A DNA stretch of 64,000 nucleotides. Source: Camelus dromedarius (Eukaryota). Under the pieces are notes generated by a model that had not been told where the DNA came from, did no database searches, and saw nothing but the letters and a program-made list of their open reading frames with translations. Shown piece after piece: positions 23,971 through 35,951 of the stretch. Position numbers and translations under genes: made by a program. Where the stretch lies: positions 20,896,001 to 20,960,000 of the forward strand of contig NC_087437.1 of NCBI RefSeq assembly GCF_036321535.1, written 5' to 3'. Within the stretch, counting starts at the first letter, position 1. The number at the start of each line of letters is the position of its first letter.

Positions 23971-26955
23971 ATGGCGACACTTAGAAAAATCTTCAAAAAC
24001 CTAACTTGGAAGTTGGTGGGTTTGGGTTTTTTTGTTTGTTTTTTTAGTTAGCTGTTATCTTTGTTTTTGTTTAGTTTTGTTCACATAACAGTCATGAAGG
24101 AATGGAATGTAACAAAATCTCATTTGCGAAAATTCCAGAAAAAGGATCCTAATATCTACTTTGGGTTTTAGCATTAACTTCATGCAAAGTGCACAAAAAC
24201 AAAATACCGGAATCTTCCAATATCCCAAGTATCTTGTGAAAGTCTATGAAGTTCTCAGCTGTGGTATTTCTACCAGCGGGGACAGAAAAGGGTTTAATTT
24301 TAGCCTAATTTAAAACTTTCTTGTAAGTGCTTATAAGAGCTGGCTGCTGAACTGTCTTTAGTCACTGGAGAAAATAAGGGTTAGAGATTGTGAAAATGTC
24401 ATCTTCATAAATATGTTAGAAGGTAAGTGAGCTATGACAGTTATTACCCCCATCCAGCTTCTGCACTATTAAAAAATCGTTTAAATTAATGGATACATAT
24501 GAAATACTTAATAGTATAGCTGAAAATATGTGTGAAATGAGTAACTGAAGTAGGACATTCATACATTATCTAGAAATACTTTTCTGCAACACAAGCCTTG
24601 TAAAATACATATATAAGTCACTGTAACTTCTAACTGTCCAGGTCCCCTGTAGAGAATTAGAAGGATGAGCAATAGATCCACAAATAATGAGGACTGATGT
24701 AAAATTCAGTAGCAAGCATTTCGAGTATGACTTCAGAGCATGTGTGTGCTGCGGAATGCTGTTCTTTTGACATTATGGACGAGCTGTTACTGGAACTGGT
24801 CTACTCAAGTCCCAGAAAACATGGGTCATGCCTTATCTGTGGGGGAGAGCCTTCCCAGAATTTACCTGCGGTTACGCGTGCTGTGCTATAAATTATTTTT
24901 AGTGGCCTCACTTCAGAAAATGAAGAAAGGTCGAATTCTTCTGAAACTCCCTGCAGTCTTCCATTCATCACATCTCCATGGAGGTGGAGGTCTTTCCAGA
25001 CAGACTTAACCAGGCTCAAGGGTTCAAGTAAAACTGGACACCTCCCATTCCACTGAAGGAGTGTCCAGGAAATGTAGCGCAAGGCATGCATACAGTGGTG
25101 AATTCCCAGGCACGTGGAAGCGACAGCCTGCTCCCTACAAATGTCAGCCTTCTTGGAGATTATGCAGCAGGAGTATATACTAGTAAAAAAAAAAAAAAAA
25201 AAAAAGGACAACAGAAACACACACCCCTACCCCACCCATTAATGACTTAAATGATGACCTTCCTTGCCTCAAACAGAGCTTTGTCCTTGGCGGGGGTGGG
25301 GGAATAGAACATGGAGTGACAAGTTTCCATCATTCCCCTGTGTGACTCAGAAATATATCCACAAGCCAGATGCCTTGGCTTCATGTTTGTAGTCACCTAG
25401 CCCCCTTGCTGAAAACCCACTTCTGGTTTTTTTTTTTTTTTAATGCTCTTTTATGCTAATCCACACTGTCAACACTACCCTCAAAATCTAATTACCCTAT
25501 AGGATATTCCATCATGTGGACTAGGTTCCTGGGAAGCTGGAATTCATAATTCTTACTCTTTAAACTGCCAGAATAGAAGGGGGAGAGAAAGCATTCTTAC
25601 CCCTTTGATCACCAGTATGAACAGAATCTGGAACCCGGTTCAAGGATGACCTGCAGCCATTCACGTTCATGGGATTTAATAGATGGAAACCCAAGGTTGC
25701 CAGGTTACCATTGTGAAGAAGTAGCTCAAAGGACTCCAGTTTCTTTCTTCAAGTGTTGTGATGTCTCCATGAAGAAGACCTAATATGGATTGGGGTGGGC
25801 AAGAAAGCATTTAAACACCCAGAAAAGGACATGATCAAAGCTGACATTTTTATACTGTTGTACTTTGCTGTTAAGTAACCCCAACATTGTATCTGCATTT
25901 ACCTTTTGTTCAGCTACTTTCACTTACAAACAGTATTATATAATACAGGAAAATGCAAATGAATTCAACTTTATTTTATATGTTGTATATATGTACACCT
26001 GCACTCTTCATTTGGGTTTTGTTAAACAGATAGTTGCAAAGGGCTTATGAAAATCATTTTTGAATTGATAATTAGAAAACTGAATAAGCAATCCTGTGAT
26101 CTACTAATTTGTTTTATCTCAATTAGGATTATGAGTCAAGGAGAATGACTGTGTATTTGAGTCATTTTGATTTGAGGCAACTCCAAATGTAAAATTATTA
26201 CATGTAGTGATGTCTCCCAGCCCTTACATGTGGGTATTTTTTAAGTGGACTTGTATGCTGATAATTCTAGACCAAAGTAAATATGGCAGAATATTTATAC
26301 ATGAAAAAATAATTTTGCAAATATTTTCTATAATTGTATTATTCGTTTCAAATGTTGATAGCTTGTGTTAGTTTCAGGGAGGGGTGTATATTTTGATAAA
26401 AAATACTTGACTTTGTAATTCTGTATATTCTATACAATTTATAGCAGAGACATTTTAAGACAGCCTTGTCACTTTTTTTGTTCATTGTGAAAATTTTATT
26501 ATAAGTGATGTTTATGCATTGAGTACATAACGACCAACTAGAATTAAAGTAAGTGTTAACAGTGAACATACTGTATGCTGTACAAGATATAATGTAATTT
26601 GCTGTTTTAGCATCTGTATTTTGGTTAGAAGATATTATTAAATGCAGATGTTAAGGGTTGGAAAAGTCTAATTTTATTTTTAGAACTAATGAATATAAAT
26701 GTGTTTTTGCTCGATTAAAATAGCTTATTCCTATGTTGTCTCTTTTTAAACGTTTTGATGTTAATTTCTTTTGTGCAGCCAAGCAGCTATGTCACCTGCG
26801 TGAGTCACAGCATTGCTTCACATACGATTCATTCAGTATATTTCTGTTTCCTTACTTGTTTACATTTCCTGGTACCTGCTTACATGCTTAGGACTCAAAT
26901 GGAATATGACATTAAAAAAAAAGCAGAATAAAAGAGATGGACGTCTTGTTATCAT
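23971..26955 (+). other. Probable ZBTB38 3' UTR
   Basis: Follows the stop codon, has no recognisable interspersed repeats, becomes AU-rich distally and ends in poly(A) signals. The 3' end is approximate. Confidence 0.65.
26911..26932 (+). terminator. Candidate polyadenylation signals
   Basis: ATTAAA 26911-26916 and AATAAA 26927-26932, followed by GT/T-rich sequence; interspersed repeats (MIR ~27130) resume shortly afterwards. Confidence 0.55.
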
Positions 26956-29219
26956 TTAGTACTTTGGATAGGCCTGATCTCATGATAAATCAGTGTTGGA
27001 AGCATTCTGCTCTGCCCATCCACAGGAAGCATCACATTTGTTGACTGCGTGGTATTTGGCCACGTTCTTTACATGGGCTCTTTTGTTCAGTCCTTTCCCA
27101 ACGATCTTAGGAAGTAGCTTTCACTGTCCACGTTGTATAGTGATTTTGAGAAGCTCCCACATCCAGACAGAGCCAGGATCCCAACCCAGGGCTGCCTGAC
27201 TCCAAAGCTCATATTTTTGTTCCTTCTCAACACCTTAGAGAAAAATGCTTAATGGAAACTGAGCAGAGAGTGAGGGAAAGAGATTGGACAAAGCAGGGCA
27301 GCTGGTGATGGGAGCTGCCACGATGCTGGCTGGAAGGAGGCCGTGTTAGACTCAGCTTCCCCGGACGCCACGCTGATTTACTTACTGAGGCCTCAATACT
27401 TTGGGCCTTTGGTTTTTCTTCTATTCAGGGATATTGCCTTATGAAATCAGCTTTTAAGACTTTGTACACTTTTTTTTAGACTATGGAGTGAAATTATAAT
27501 TTAATGCCATTATAAACTAGCCATTTTTCACACGAAGAGAAAGTCTGTTCCATCATCGCAGACTGTACTCCTAACCTTAGCTAATTGTCTGCAAGTGCAT
27601 GCAGTTAGTTACAATGGGTAACGTGGAAGGGCTCAGGCAGCACAATCCGTCACCAACACAGGGAGAAGAACTCACATTTCCAGTCCTAATGACTGGCCGA
27701 TAGCAATGATTTTGTATTTGAAGGGCGGTCCAGACCCATTCTCCAAAACTTCTGTAATTACTATCTGCTCAGATGAATTTAATTCTCTATCAAAACAACA
27801 GAATTAGTATCAAAAGGATTTGTAACAGTTGAGAAACTAACTGGATTAAAAGTGTAAAAACCAAATCCTGCAAAGCAGTTCCACATTCTTTAATGACATC
27901 AGATCGTTCCATTCCCCCGCTCTCCTTCCTCATGATTTGGTTCCACTCTGGTCTCCATCAGTTCCTCTTTGCAGAGGCAATGTTTCTTCCATTTCAAGTT
28001 CCTCCAGATCTGAGAACCATTCACCTCCCCACCAACCCCCACCCTGGCCATCTATTAATCTCCCTTCTGCGGACAGCAGTCCCCTTTGCCCCCTCCTCCC
28101 AGTTTGCACCCTTCAACCCTGATTCTTTAAGCAAGATGATCAGTGAGTGGGCGAGTTGGCTTGGTGTGCAACTTTTAAAACTAAACACTCCGAATTTAGA
28201 GAACTACTGGAAGAACTGATCATAACAGAAGTGTGATTACGTATATATTAATTCATTCTTGACGTAAGATACCAAGTAATTCTATTCTGAATATTTTACT
28301 AAGTCGAGAACATCTTTTCCAGTCATTTTTAATGTGATGACTTCTGTGTAATTATAGGAGTACTTTATTCCTGTTTTTAAAAACTTTGGAATACAGAAAT
28401 TTAAGAGGTGTAACAATGCTAAGTGACGGAGAATTTTAATTCAGTTACTCGGAATATGCTTAATTTTGAGTGCTGGGTATTTTTATAACGATATAGGTGG
28501 TAGCCTGTGACTTCAAGGTACCTGAATTCAGGGAAGGAGGCAATGGATAATTATAAAACAAGCCCTAAGCTCCTCGGGGCTCAGAACCAAACCAGAGAAA
28601 ACTGGCAGTGAGCTGGGGCTGACAGAGTCTGCGCTTCCCAGTGAGGGCAGGTCCAGGTAGCAGTGATTAAAGGAGCCACGAGTGAGTGTAGATTGTCCCA
28701 CAAGCCTGGGGTTCGGGGTGGTGAGTCAGGAGAAGCCTGCTAAGGACACATCAGCAGGGCCTCGTGGCCCTTGCCGAAGAGTCTGTACTTCTCTCCCAAG
28801 AGCAGAAGGGCAATGGGGGTTGGCAGGGAGACCGTGAGGGGCTGAGTACTAGCAGACGAGGTCAGAGAGATGTACTGCAGGTCCAAGCAAGACGAGAAGC
28901 CATTGCAGGGCTTAAGCAGAGAGGGAACCATCTCATGTATTTAAAGGATCATTGTCACTGCAGAGTAGTGAAGAAACCACATGTCAGGGCAAGGGTGGAG
29001 GTGGAGACATCAGATGTGAGGCTGTGGCAGAACAAGTGAGAGACGACAGGGGCTTGGCCAAGAGTGGGAGTAACGAAAACAGGAAGAATAGGTCACGTTC
29101 TGGATAGGTATTTTTTAATCTTTTAATTAGAAGTTTTTCAAACATGCAAAAGTAGAATAGTACGGTGGACGCCAGTGTACCCATCATCCAACGTCAGCAA
29201 TCAACAATTCATAGCCAAT

Positions 29220-29291
29220 TTTTTTAGACTGAAGTACAGTCAGTTACAATGTGTCAATTTCTGGTGTACAGCACAATGTCCCTGTCATGCA
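29220..29291 (-). mobile_element. Short L1 3' tail nested in older LINE sequence
   Basis: Reverse of the same tail motif, flanked by repeated CATAGCCAAT. Confidence 0.8.
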
Positions 29292-30297
29292 CATAGCCAA
29301 TGTTATTTTATTTATAGACTCACCTGCTCTAACGGGGACCATAAAAAACTAATTACAACTTCAGTGAATGCTGTGAAGAAGAGCCACGTGATGCCGTGAG
29401 GACATCTAATGGGGGCACCTAACCAAGTCTGGCAGTTAAGGGAAGTCATCCTTGAGAAGTAACTTCTGAGCTGCGAGCTGAGAGGTGAGTGAGAGTTGAA
29501 AGGGGGGAGAGTTTCCAGGTGGAGGGAATAGCATGTACAAAAGTCAGCTTCTAAAGAGAACACAGCGCTCTGGACCAGTGGTGGCCAGAGTGCAAGAGAG
29601 ATGGGTCTGAGATGGGGGACCGGAGCCATGCCACGCAGGCCTCCCACGTCACGCAAAGGATTTGGATCTTATTCTAAGAGCAACAGGAAGCCACTGAATT
29701 GTTTAAAGCAGGTTGGGACAAGAAGAGGTAGTTCAGTCAGTCTTGCCTTGTGAAAAAGTCACTGTTGCTGAAATGTAGAGAATGAATTGGAGGACAGTAA
29801 GAGCAAGAGGGAGAGCAGGTAGGAAGCCATCACTGTGGTCCAGGCTGGAGGTGACGGTGGCGTGGATTACGTATAGAAGGTGAAGACAGAGAGGGGAGGA
29901 TTTGAGAGCTGTTGAGGAGACAAAACCAGCAGGACTTGATGTTGGATTGATACGGGAAGTGAGGACTGGGAAGGTGTCAAGGATAACCTTTTGGTTTCAG
30001 AATTGTTGGAACTGTGGGAAAGTAAGATATCCTCTATGAAGCTTGTACAGACAAGGAAGACAAAATCCTGGAAAACACCAATATTTGAAAGATGAGTTAA
30101 ATAAAAGTATACAGGAGTCTGAGGCAGAGACAGGGCCAGAGAAGTAAGAGGAAAATTGAGGGAGTGGCATCTAGGAAGCCAGAGATGAGGAACCTCTAAG
30201 AAAGGAGAGAATGATCAGTCATGTCGATTGAAGATAAAGCCAAGTAAGGAAAGGCTGGGAAGGGCCCTTTTGGACTCAGCAACTGGAAGGAGCCTGG

Positions 30298-30500
30298 CAG
30301 TGCGCACTGGTAAATGGTTAACCCCAGCTCTTTGGGGGTGGGGGCAAAAGCCTGATTTATGGTGTTTGCCAATTTCTGCAGTGTAAATACTCCCATCATG
30401 GCTGATTTTAAGCTACCAACATGATGTCACTGAATGTGGGGTTGGGAAGAGAGGCATCCAGTTGGCTCATGAGAGCTGGTTAAGAGCCTGCTGTAGTGAC
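30298..30500. mobile_element. MER63-like hAT-Blackjack element
   Basis: CTGGTAAATG..TTTGCCAATTTCTGCAGTGTAAATACTCCCATCATGGCTGATTTTAAGCTACCAACATGATGTCACTGAA..GTTGGGAAGAGA. Confidence 0.75.
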
Positions 30501-31057
30501 TCAACCAGTTTCCTGGCAGCAGGAGCTCCAGTGTGGTGGTGAGGGTGGGAACTGGGGGGAGCAGATGCATGAGTGGAGGTGGAGACAGGGAGTGAGACTC
30601 TTCTTTCAAGAAGCATAGCTCTGAAGGGGAGAAGAAGGACAGAGAGGCAGCTGTAAGTGGAACCTAAGATTTGGAGAGCAGGATTCCACCATGCTGGGTA
30701 GAACAAAGGATGAAGAGGCAAGGAAACTGAGGGTACTGGTGAGAGACTGATTATAGCCAAGAACTGGGGAGCCTGGGTTTCATTTAAGGACATACAGACC
30801 TCAGTGTCTGATAGACACTAATAGAGGGTCAGACATGAGGTGTCTCAGGAAAGCTAAAGAATCTATGTTCCTCAAAGATCTTTCACAACCATTTTCATAT
30901 TCGACCCTCACAACAGTCCTGTTGTGGTGGCAGTGATGACTGTCTTTATTTGAAAGATGTGGACATGGAGGCAGAGGGAAGCCTGTGGGCTTGCCCAGGC
31001 TCAGAGAGATGGGACCAACACTTAGCTTTTGGGTTTTTAAGAAACTGTTTTCTATGC

Positions 31058-31228
31058 ACACTATTATATATAAAATAGATAAACAACAAGGACCTACTGT
31101 ATAGTACAGGGGACTATATTCAATAGCTTGTAATAATCTCTATATAACTGATCACTTTGCTGTACACCTGAAACTAATACAACATTGTAAATCAACTATA
31201 CTTCAACTAAAAAAAAAAAAAAAAAAAG
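31058..31228 (+). mobile_element. L1 3' end
   Basis: ATAAAATAGATAAACAACAAGGACCTACTGTATAG..ACAACATTGTAAATCAACTATACTTCAA plus poly(A). Confidence 0.85.
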
Positions 31229-31479
31229 GTCCTTAAAAAAAAAGATACTGTTTTCGCCATCAACAACTGACCCTACATGGACTAAGGTATTTTTGGAAGA
31301 CCAGAGACTGGGATGGTAAGTATTGTGCTTTCCTCGAAAAGAGTGTTTATTAGTTTGAGACTCTAAAACCCTCAGGGTCTTGGTCACTCACTTTTTCATT
31401 CAACGTGTTCTTATACGGCAGCTAGTATTGCCATGCACTGCACTAAGTCTCTAAGAAATGTTAACTCATTTAATCCTCA

Positions 31480-32816
31480 GATCACGTAAGTCAATGAAAT
31501 TAGAACACTCCCTCACACCATACACAAAAATAAACTCAAAATGGCTTAAAGACTTAAACATAAGACAAGACACTATAAACCTCCTAGAAGAAAACATAGG
31601 CAAAATATTCTTCAACATAAATCTTAGTAATGTTTTCCCAGGGCAGTCTACCAAGGCAACAGAAATAAAAGCAACAATAAACAAATGGGACCTAATTAAA
31701 CTCATAAACTTCTGCATAGCAAAGGAAACTATAAACAAAATGAAAAGACAACCTACAGAATGGGAGAAAATATTTGCAAGTGATGAGACTGACAAGGGCT
31801 TAATTTCCAGAATTTACAAACAGCTCATTCAATTCAATAACAAAACAACAACAACAAAAACAACCCAATCAAAGAAATGAGCAAAAGACCTAAGCAAATA
31901 TTTCTCCATTATACAAATGGCCAATAGACACATGAAAAAATGTTCACTATCGCTAACTATTAGAGAAATGCAAATCAAAACTACAATGAGATATCACCCT
32001 ACGATAGTCAGAATGGCCATCATTCAAAAGTCCATAAACAAAAAATGATGGAGAGAGTGTGGAAAAAAAGGAACCCTCCTACACTGTTGATGAGAATGTA
32101 GTTTGGTGCAGCCATTATGGAAAATAATATAGAAATTCCTTAAAAAACTAAAAATAGACTTACCATATGATCCAGCAATCCCACTCCTGGGCATATACCC
32201 GGAGAGAACTCTAATTCGAAAAGATACATGCATCTTAGTGTTCATAGCAGCACTATTTACAATAACCAAGACATGGAAGCAAAATAAATGTCCATCAACA
32301 GATGACAGGATAAAGAAGCTGTGGTATATGTATACAATGAATACTACTCAACAATAAAAAATAATAAAATAATGCCATTTGCAGCAACATGGATGGACCT
32401 GGAGATACTAAGTGAAGTAAGCCAGAAAGAGAAAGAAAAATACCATTATAATATCACTTACATGTGGAATCTTTAAAAAAAAAAATACACAAATGAACTT
32501 ATTTACAAAGCAGAAACAGACTCACAGACATAGAAAACAAACTTGTGGTTACCAGGGAGGCAAGAAGGGGTGGAGGGATAAATTGGGAGTTAGGGATTTG
32601 TAGATACTAACAACTGTATATAAAATAGATAAACAGCAAGGTCCTACTGTATAGCACAGGGAACTATCTTCAATAACTTGTAATAGCCTATAATTGAGAA
32701 GAATATGAAAAAGAATATATATACATATATATATATATATATGTATAACTGAATCACTATGCGGTAAACTAGAAACTAACACAGCGTTGTAAACTGAGTA
32801 TACTTCAACAAATAAA
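31480..32816 (+). mobile_element. 5'-truncated L1: degenerate ORF2 C-terminus plus 3'UTR
   Basis: ORF 31458-31880 reads [39 protein letters not shown]...[12 protein letters not shown] (L1 ORF2); TSD TAATCCTCA (31471-31479 / 32817-32825). Confidence 0.95.
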
Positions 32817-32871
32817 TAATCCTCATTTCGATCCTGTGAGACAGACCTAATTATCATCATCCCCACGGATG

Positions 32872-33168
32872 CTTAGTGTGGTCATCTTTTGCCACAAAAC
32901 TTAGTGGCTTAACACAACCATTATTACTATTTCACATCTTCTGTGGTTTGACTGGGGTCAGCTGAGCGGGCATCTCATGTAGTTGTAGTCAGACAGTGGT
33001 GTGGCGGAGTCATCTAAGGGCTGGACTGCACTGCATCAAGACAGTCACAGCCCAGCCCACATGCAAGAAGGTGGAGGAATGGACTCCGCTTCTCAACAGG
33101 GGAGTGGCAGGCACGTACAGGGAGGAAAGGAATGGATGGCAGCCATCCTCGGAGACAAGCTACTGCAA
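32872..33168 (-). mobile_element. MaLR MLT1-type LTR fragment
   Basis: CACAAAACTTAGTGGCTTAACACAACCATT and GATGGCAGCCATCCTCGGAGACAAGCTACTGCA hallmarks. Confidence 0.7.
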
Positions 33169-33759
33169 GAGATAATTCCCAGTGGGAAAACCAAGGCACA
33201 GAGAGGTTAAGTAATTCACTCAAGGTCACACAGCTTACCAGCTGCAGAGAAACAGAGTGAACCCCAGGTAGTTGAGTTTCAGAGCCTGCTAGGAGAGGCC
33301 AAAGGGTCTGGAGCCCAAGAGCACAGCACAGGCTCTCACAGGAAAACTGCGGTGGTTACGAGCACAGTGTTACTCATAGTAGACCCAGAGAGGTCCTGGG
33401 GTTATCGGTCAGGAATGTGAGAGAGAGGGAGAAATTCTAAAAATACTATCAATGGAAAGAAATGAGTACAAACTGGGTCAAATTTCAAGGACAATCTAAA
33501 CAAGGCTCTTTTTATGTTGGGGGTGAAAGTACGGTCTTGCGCAGCCCAAAGCAAATGGAAGACTTCAGAATTTTGTTTCTGTCTCTCCAATCAGGAATTG
33601 GAAAACTGTATGCGTGTGTTGTTTTTTGCTTTAAGTAACTGAAATCTGAAACTTTTAGTTATCTACTCAAAAGGGTCAGACATGGGGGCGCCTAGGGCTC
33701 GGAGCAGGGAGTTAGCATGCAGGTGGAGGGCAGCGTCAGAAAGGCTTTTCAAGCTCCTT

Positions 33760-33778
33760 CAGCGCCCCCTGCTGTACA
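33760..33778 (-). promoter_or_regulatory. CTCF-type motif
   Basis: Minus strand reads TGTACAGCAGGGGGCGCTG, close to the CTCF core CCAGCAGGGGGCGCT, with the CpG retained. Confidence 0.55.
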
Positions 33779-35230
33779 ACGCCATTGCCCTGAGAGTCCG
33801 GGTCTTGGCTTACTTTGTACATGTTCTGGCCCCTCCCTAGAAGGACAAGGAAATGGCATCTCTGCTTCAAAAAGCTTACTCACTTCATCTGAGCCATGCA
33901 CTGTTACCAGAGAGAAGCGGACTTGTTCCCAAGTGACCAGTTTCTCTCTCTCGAACTCTGACAACCTGAGACAGTGTATAGCTTAGGTCCTATTCATTTC
34001 TAGCTTTTCGATTTTACTGGGCTAAAAGGTCAGGCCACATACACTGTTTCAGATGTGCTGAGCTTCTGTGTAAATGCAGAGAGTGGGAAGGGCGGCGGGC
34101 CATGTCCCAGGTCTTTTCTGCTGTTTCTCCTCTGAAAGACCAACGGTAAGAATTTGGAGCCACTGTTTTCTGTCATCTCTCATCATAATGGGAAGGAGCC
34201 TCCTCCTCTGCTGTTGCTCATGCTCATATGACAACAATTCAGCCACTGGGAACTGCTCACCACTCAGCATCCTTCTCACACCAGGCAAGAGAGCCCAGCC
34301 CTGGCCTCCTCCAGAGGCTCCTCCCCCCGGGAAAAGAGTCTGCAGGGCCAACAGAGATGTGCCCCCCGGAGTCTGTGCCAACCCCCAGAGCCCACTCTGA
34401 GTATCCAGTCCTGAGAATTCCCTATCCCCTTCCAGGGCACACCCTGGGTTCTTTCCTGCCTGTGTCACTCCCCCAGGTCCCGTGGATGGGCAAGCGGCCA
34501 CTGTTTGCAGGGGATGTGGCCAGAGTTTGGGATGTAGTTTCAGGGTCCACATGAGGCCCCCAGCAGTGTGGGAAGGAGCAGGGGAGAGGACAGGAAGGGA
34601 TGGGAGGGAGACCAGAGCCCAGCTTCCCTGTGCTGGCTCATTCCAGCCCAAACACCAAAGAACCTGGGAATTTCAGGTGCAAACCTGGCCTTCTAGGTTG
34701 TTAAGAAGGTATGTTTGTCATGGGAGAATAGAGCATTTTTCATTTAGAGCTTATTAGCCTGATTTGTAACTTTTAAATATTTTGATGCATGATATATAGG
34801 CCGCCATCTATGTGATTGCCCCCAACCCTGCGAATATGTTGGGGTGAGGAGGGTGCTGTCACCAATCCCCAAAATACCTATGTCTGTGTGCAAGCTCCGG
34901 GCCATGGGATGCAAATGTCCATTCCCACCCCCACCCCACCCCCATCCATAGGAATAATCATTTCTCAACATCTAGGTCAAAAGCCCCTCTAAAAGATCTT
35001 GGTTGCAGTGTTGTGTGAAACAGCCCCACAGACCTCTGCTGGCCTCCACCTCCGTCCTACTCAGCTCTCCGGGATCACCCATTTTCAACTCTATCCCTCC
35101 TCTCAGACGACTAGCCCCTCCAGGCCGAGCCCAGAGCTGACTTATTTAGCTCTATGTCTCCAGCATCAGCACAGAGCTCCCAAACGTGAGTCACCTACAA
35201 AAAGTGCCGATTCCCCATTCTAAGGTGTGC

Positions 35231-35316
35231 CCGGGAAGGAGGCTATTTGCAAGATGCTGGACTTTCAGTGTGAAACCAGGACAGTCTCGGGAAAACCAGG
35301 ATGATTGGTCACCCTC
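35231..35316. mobile_element. MER81-like hAT-Blackjack fragment
   Basis: GGACTTTCAGTGTGAAACCAGGACAGTCTCGGGAAAACCAGGATGATTGGTCACCCT, ending in the GGTCACCCT terminal repeat. Confidence 0.7.
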
Positions 35317-35813
35317 ATGGGGAAGAGGCTATTCAGAAAGAAACGGGGCATCAGCAGCCGTGACACAAGTAGAACAAAGTCGCCAATTTAAGTTTGAAAC
35401 AATGAATGGGACTGCTGACTTTCCACCACCCGCCCCTGAGCCATGAGGAAACATCTAGCCAGGCTGTGCGAGTCTGGGCTGGGAGAGCTTTTGTCTTCAT
35501 TCCTCAGAAGAACCTGGAAAGGTGGTGTTGTTTTCACTGTTTAATAGATGCAAAAGGCCCCACAGTCCCAAGGACTTCAAACTGAGAGATGAGAATCCAC
35601 GTAGGAAATGAGAACCCAGTTGACTGGCAGCCCCTCCACCTTGGATACCGACTTGCTGATACTCAGAACCACCCCTCCCACTTCCCTGCTGCCCCAGGAA
35701 CGCTGGGCCCTCACTTCTCACCATCTTTATCGGAGCACTCAATGACTTTTACCAATGAAAGGAACACGTTAGAATATGTGGCCCCAGCTATGTGGGTGTT
35801 TATAAAGATCTGT

Positions 35814-35951
35814 GGTGGGGAGGGTATAGCTCAGTGGTACAGTGTGTACTTAGCATGCACAAGGTCCTGGGTTCAATCCCCGGTCCCTCCGTCAAAATAA
35901 TTAATTCATTCATTTAATTAACAAACCTAATTACCTCCCCTGCCACTTAAA
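35814..35951 (+). mobile_element. Vic-1-like SINE, long-tail type
   Basis: tRNA-like head, AAACCTAATTACCTCCCC 3' extension, TSD AAAGATCT (35804-35811 / 35952-35959). Confidence 0.9.

Larger units (their letters stand above)
28430..30700 (-). mobile_element. Extended degenerate L2 region with nested inserts
   Basis: Repeated L2 motifs (GGAAGCCACTGAA..TTTAAAGCAGG, GTCCAGG..GAGGTGA.GGTGGC.TGGA, ACTCTTCTTTCAAGAAG); boundaries approximate. Confidence 0.6.

Noticed and set aside
31458..31880. 140-aa ORF with clear protein similarity
   Set aside because: Fragment of L1 ORF2 in a 5'-truncated, frameshifted element; not a host gene.
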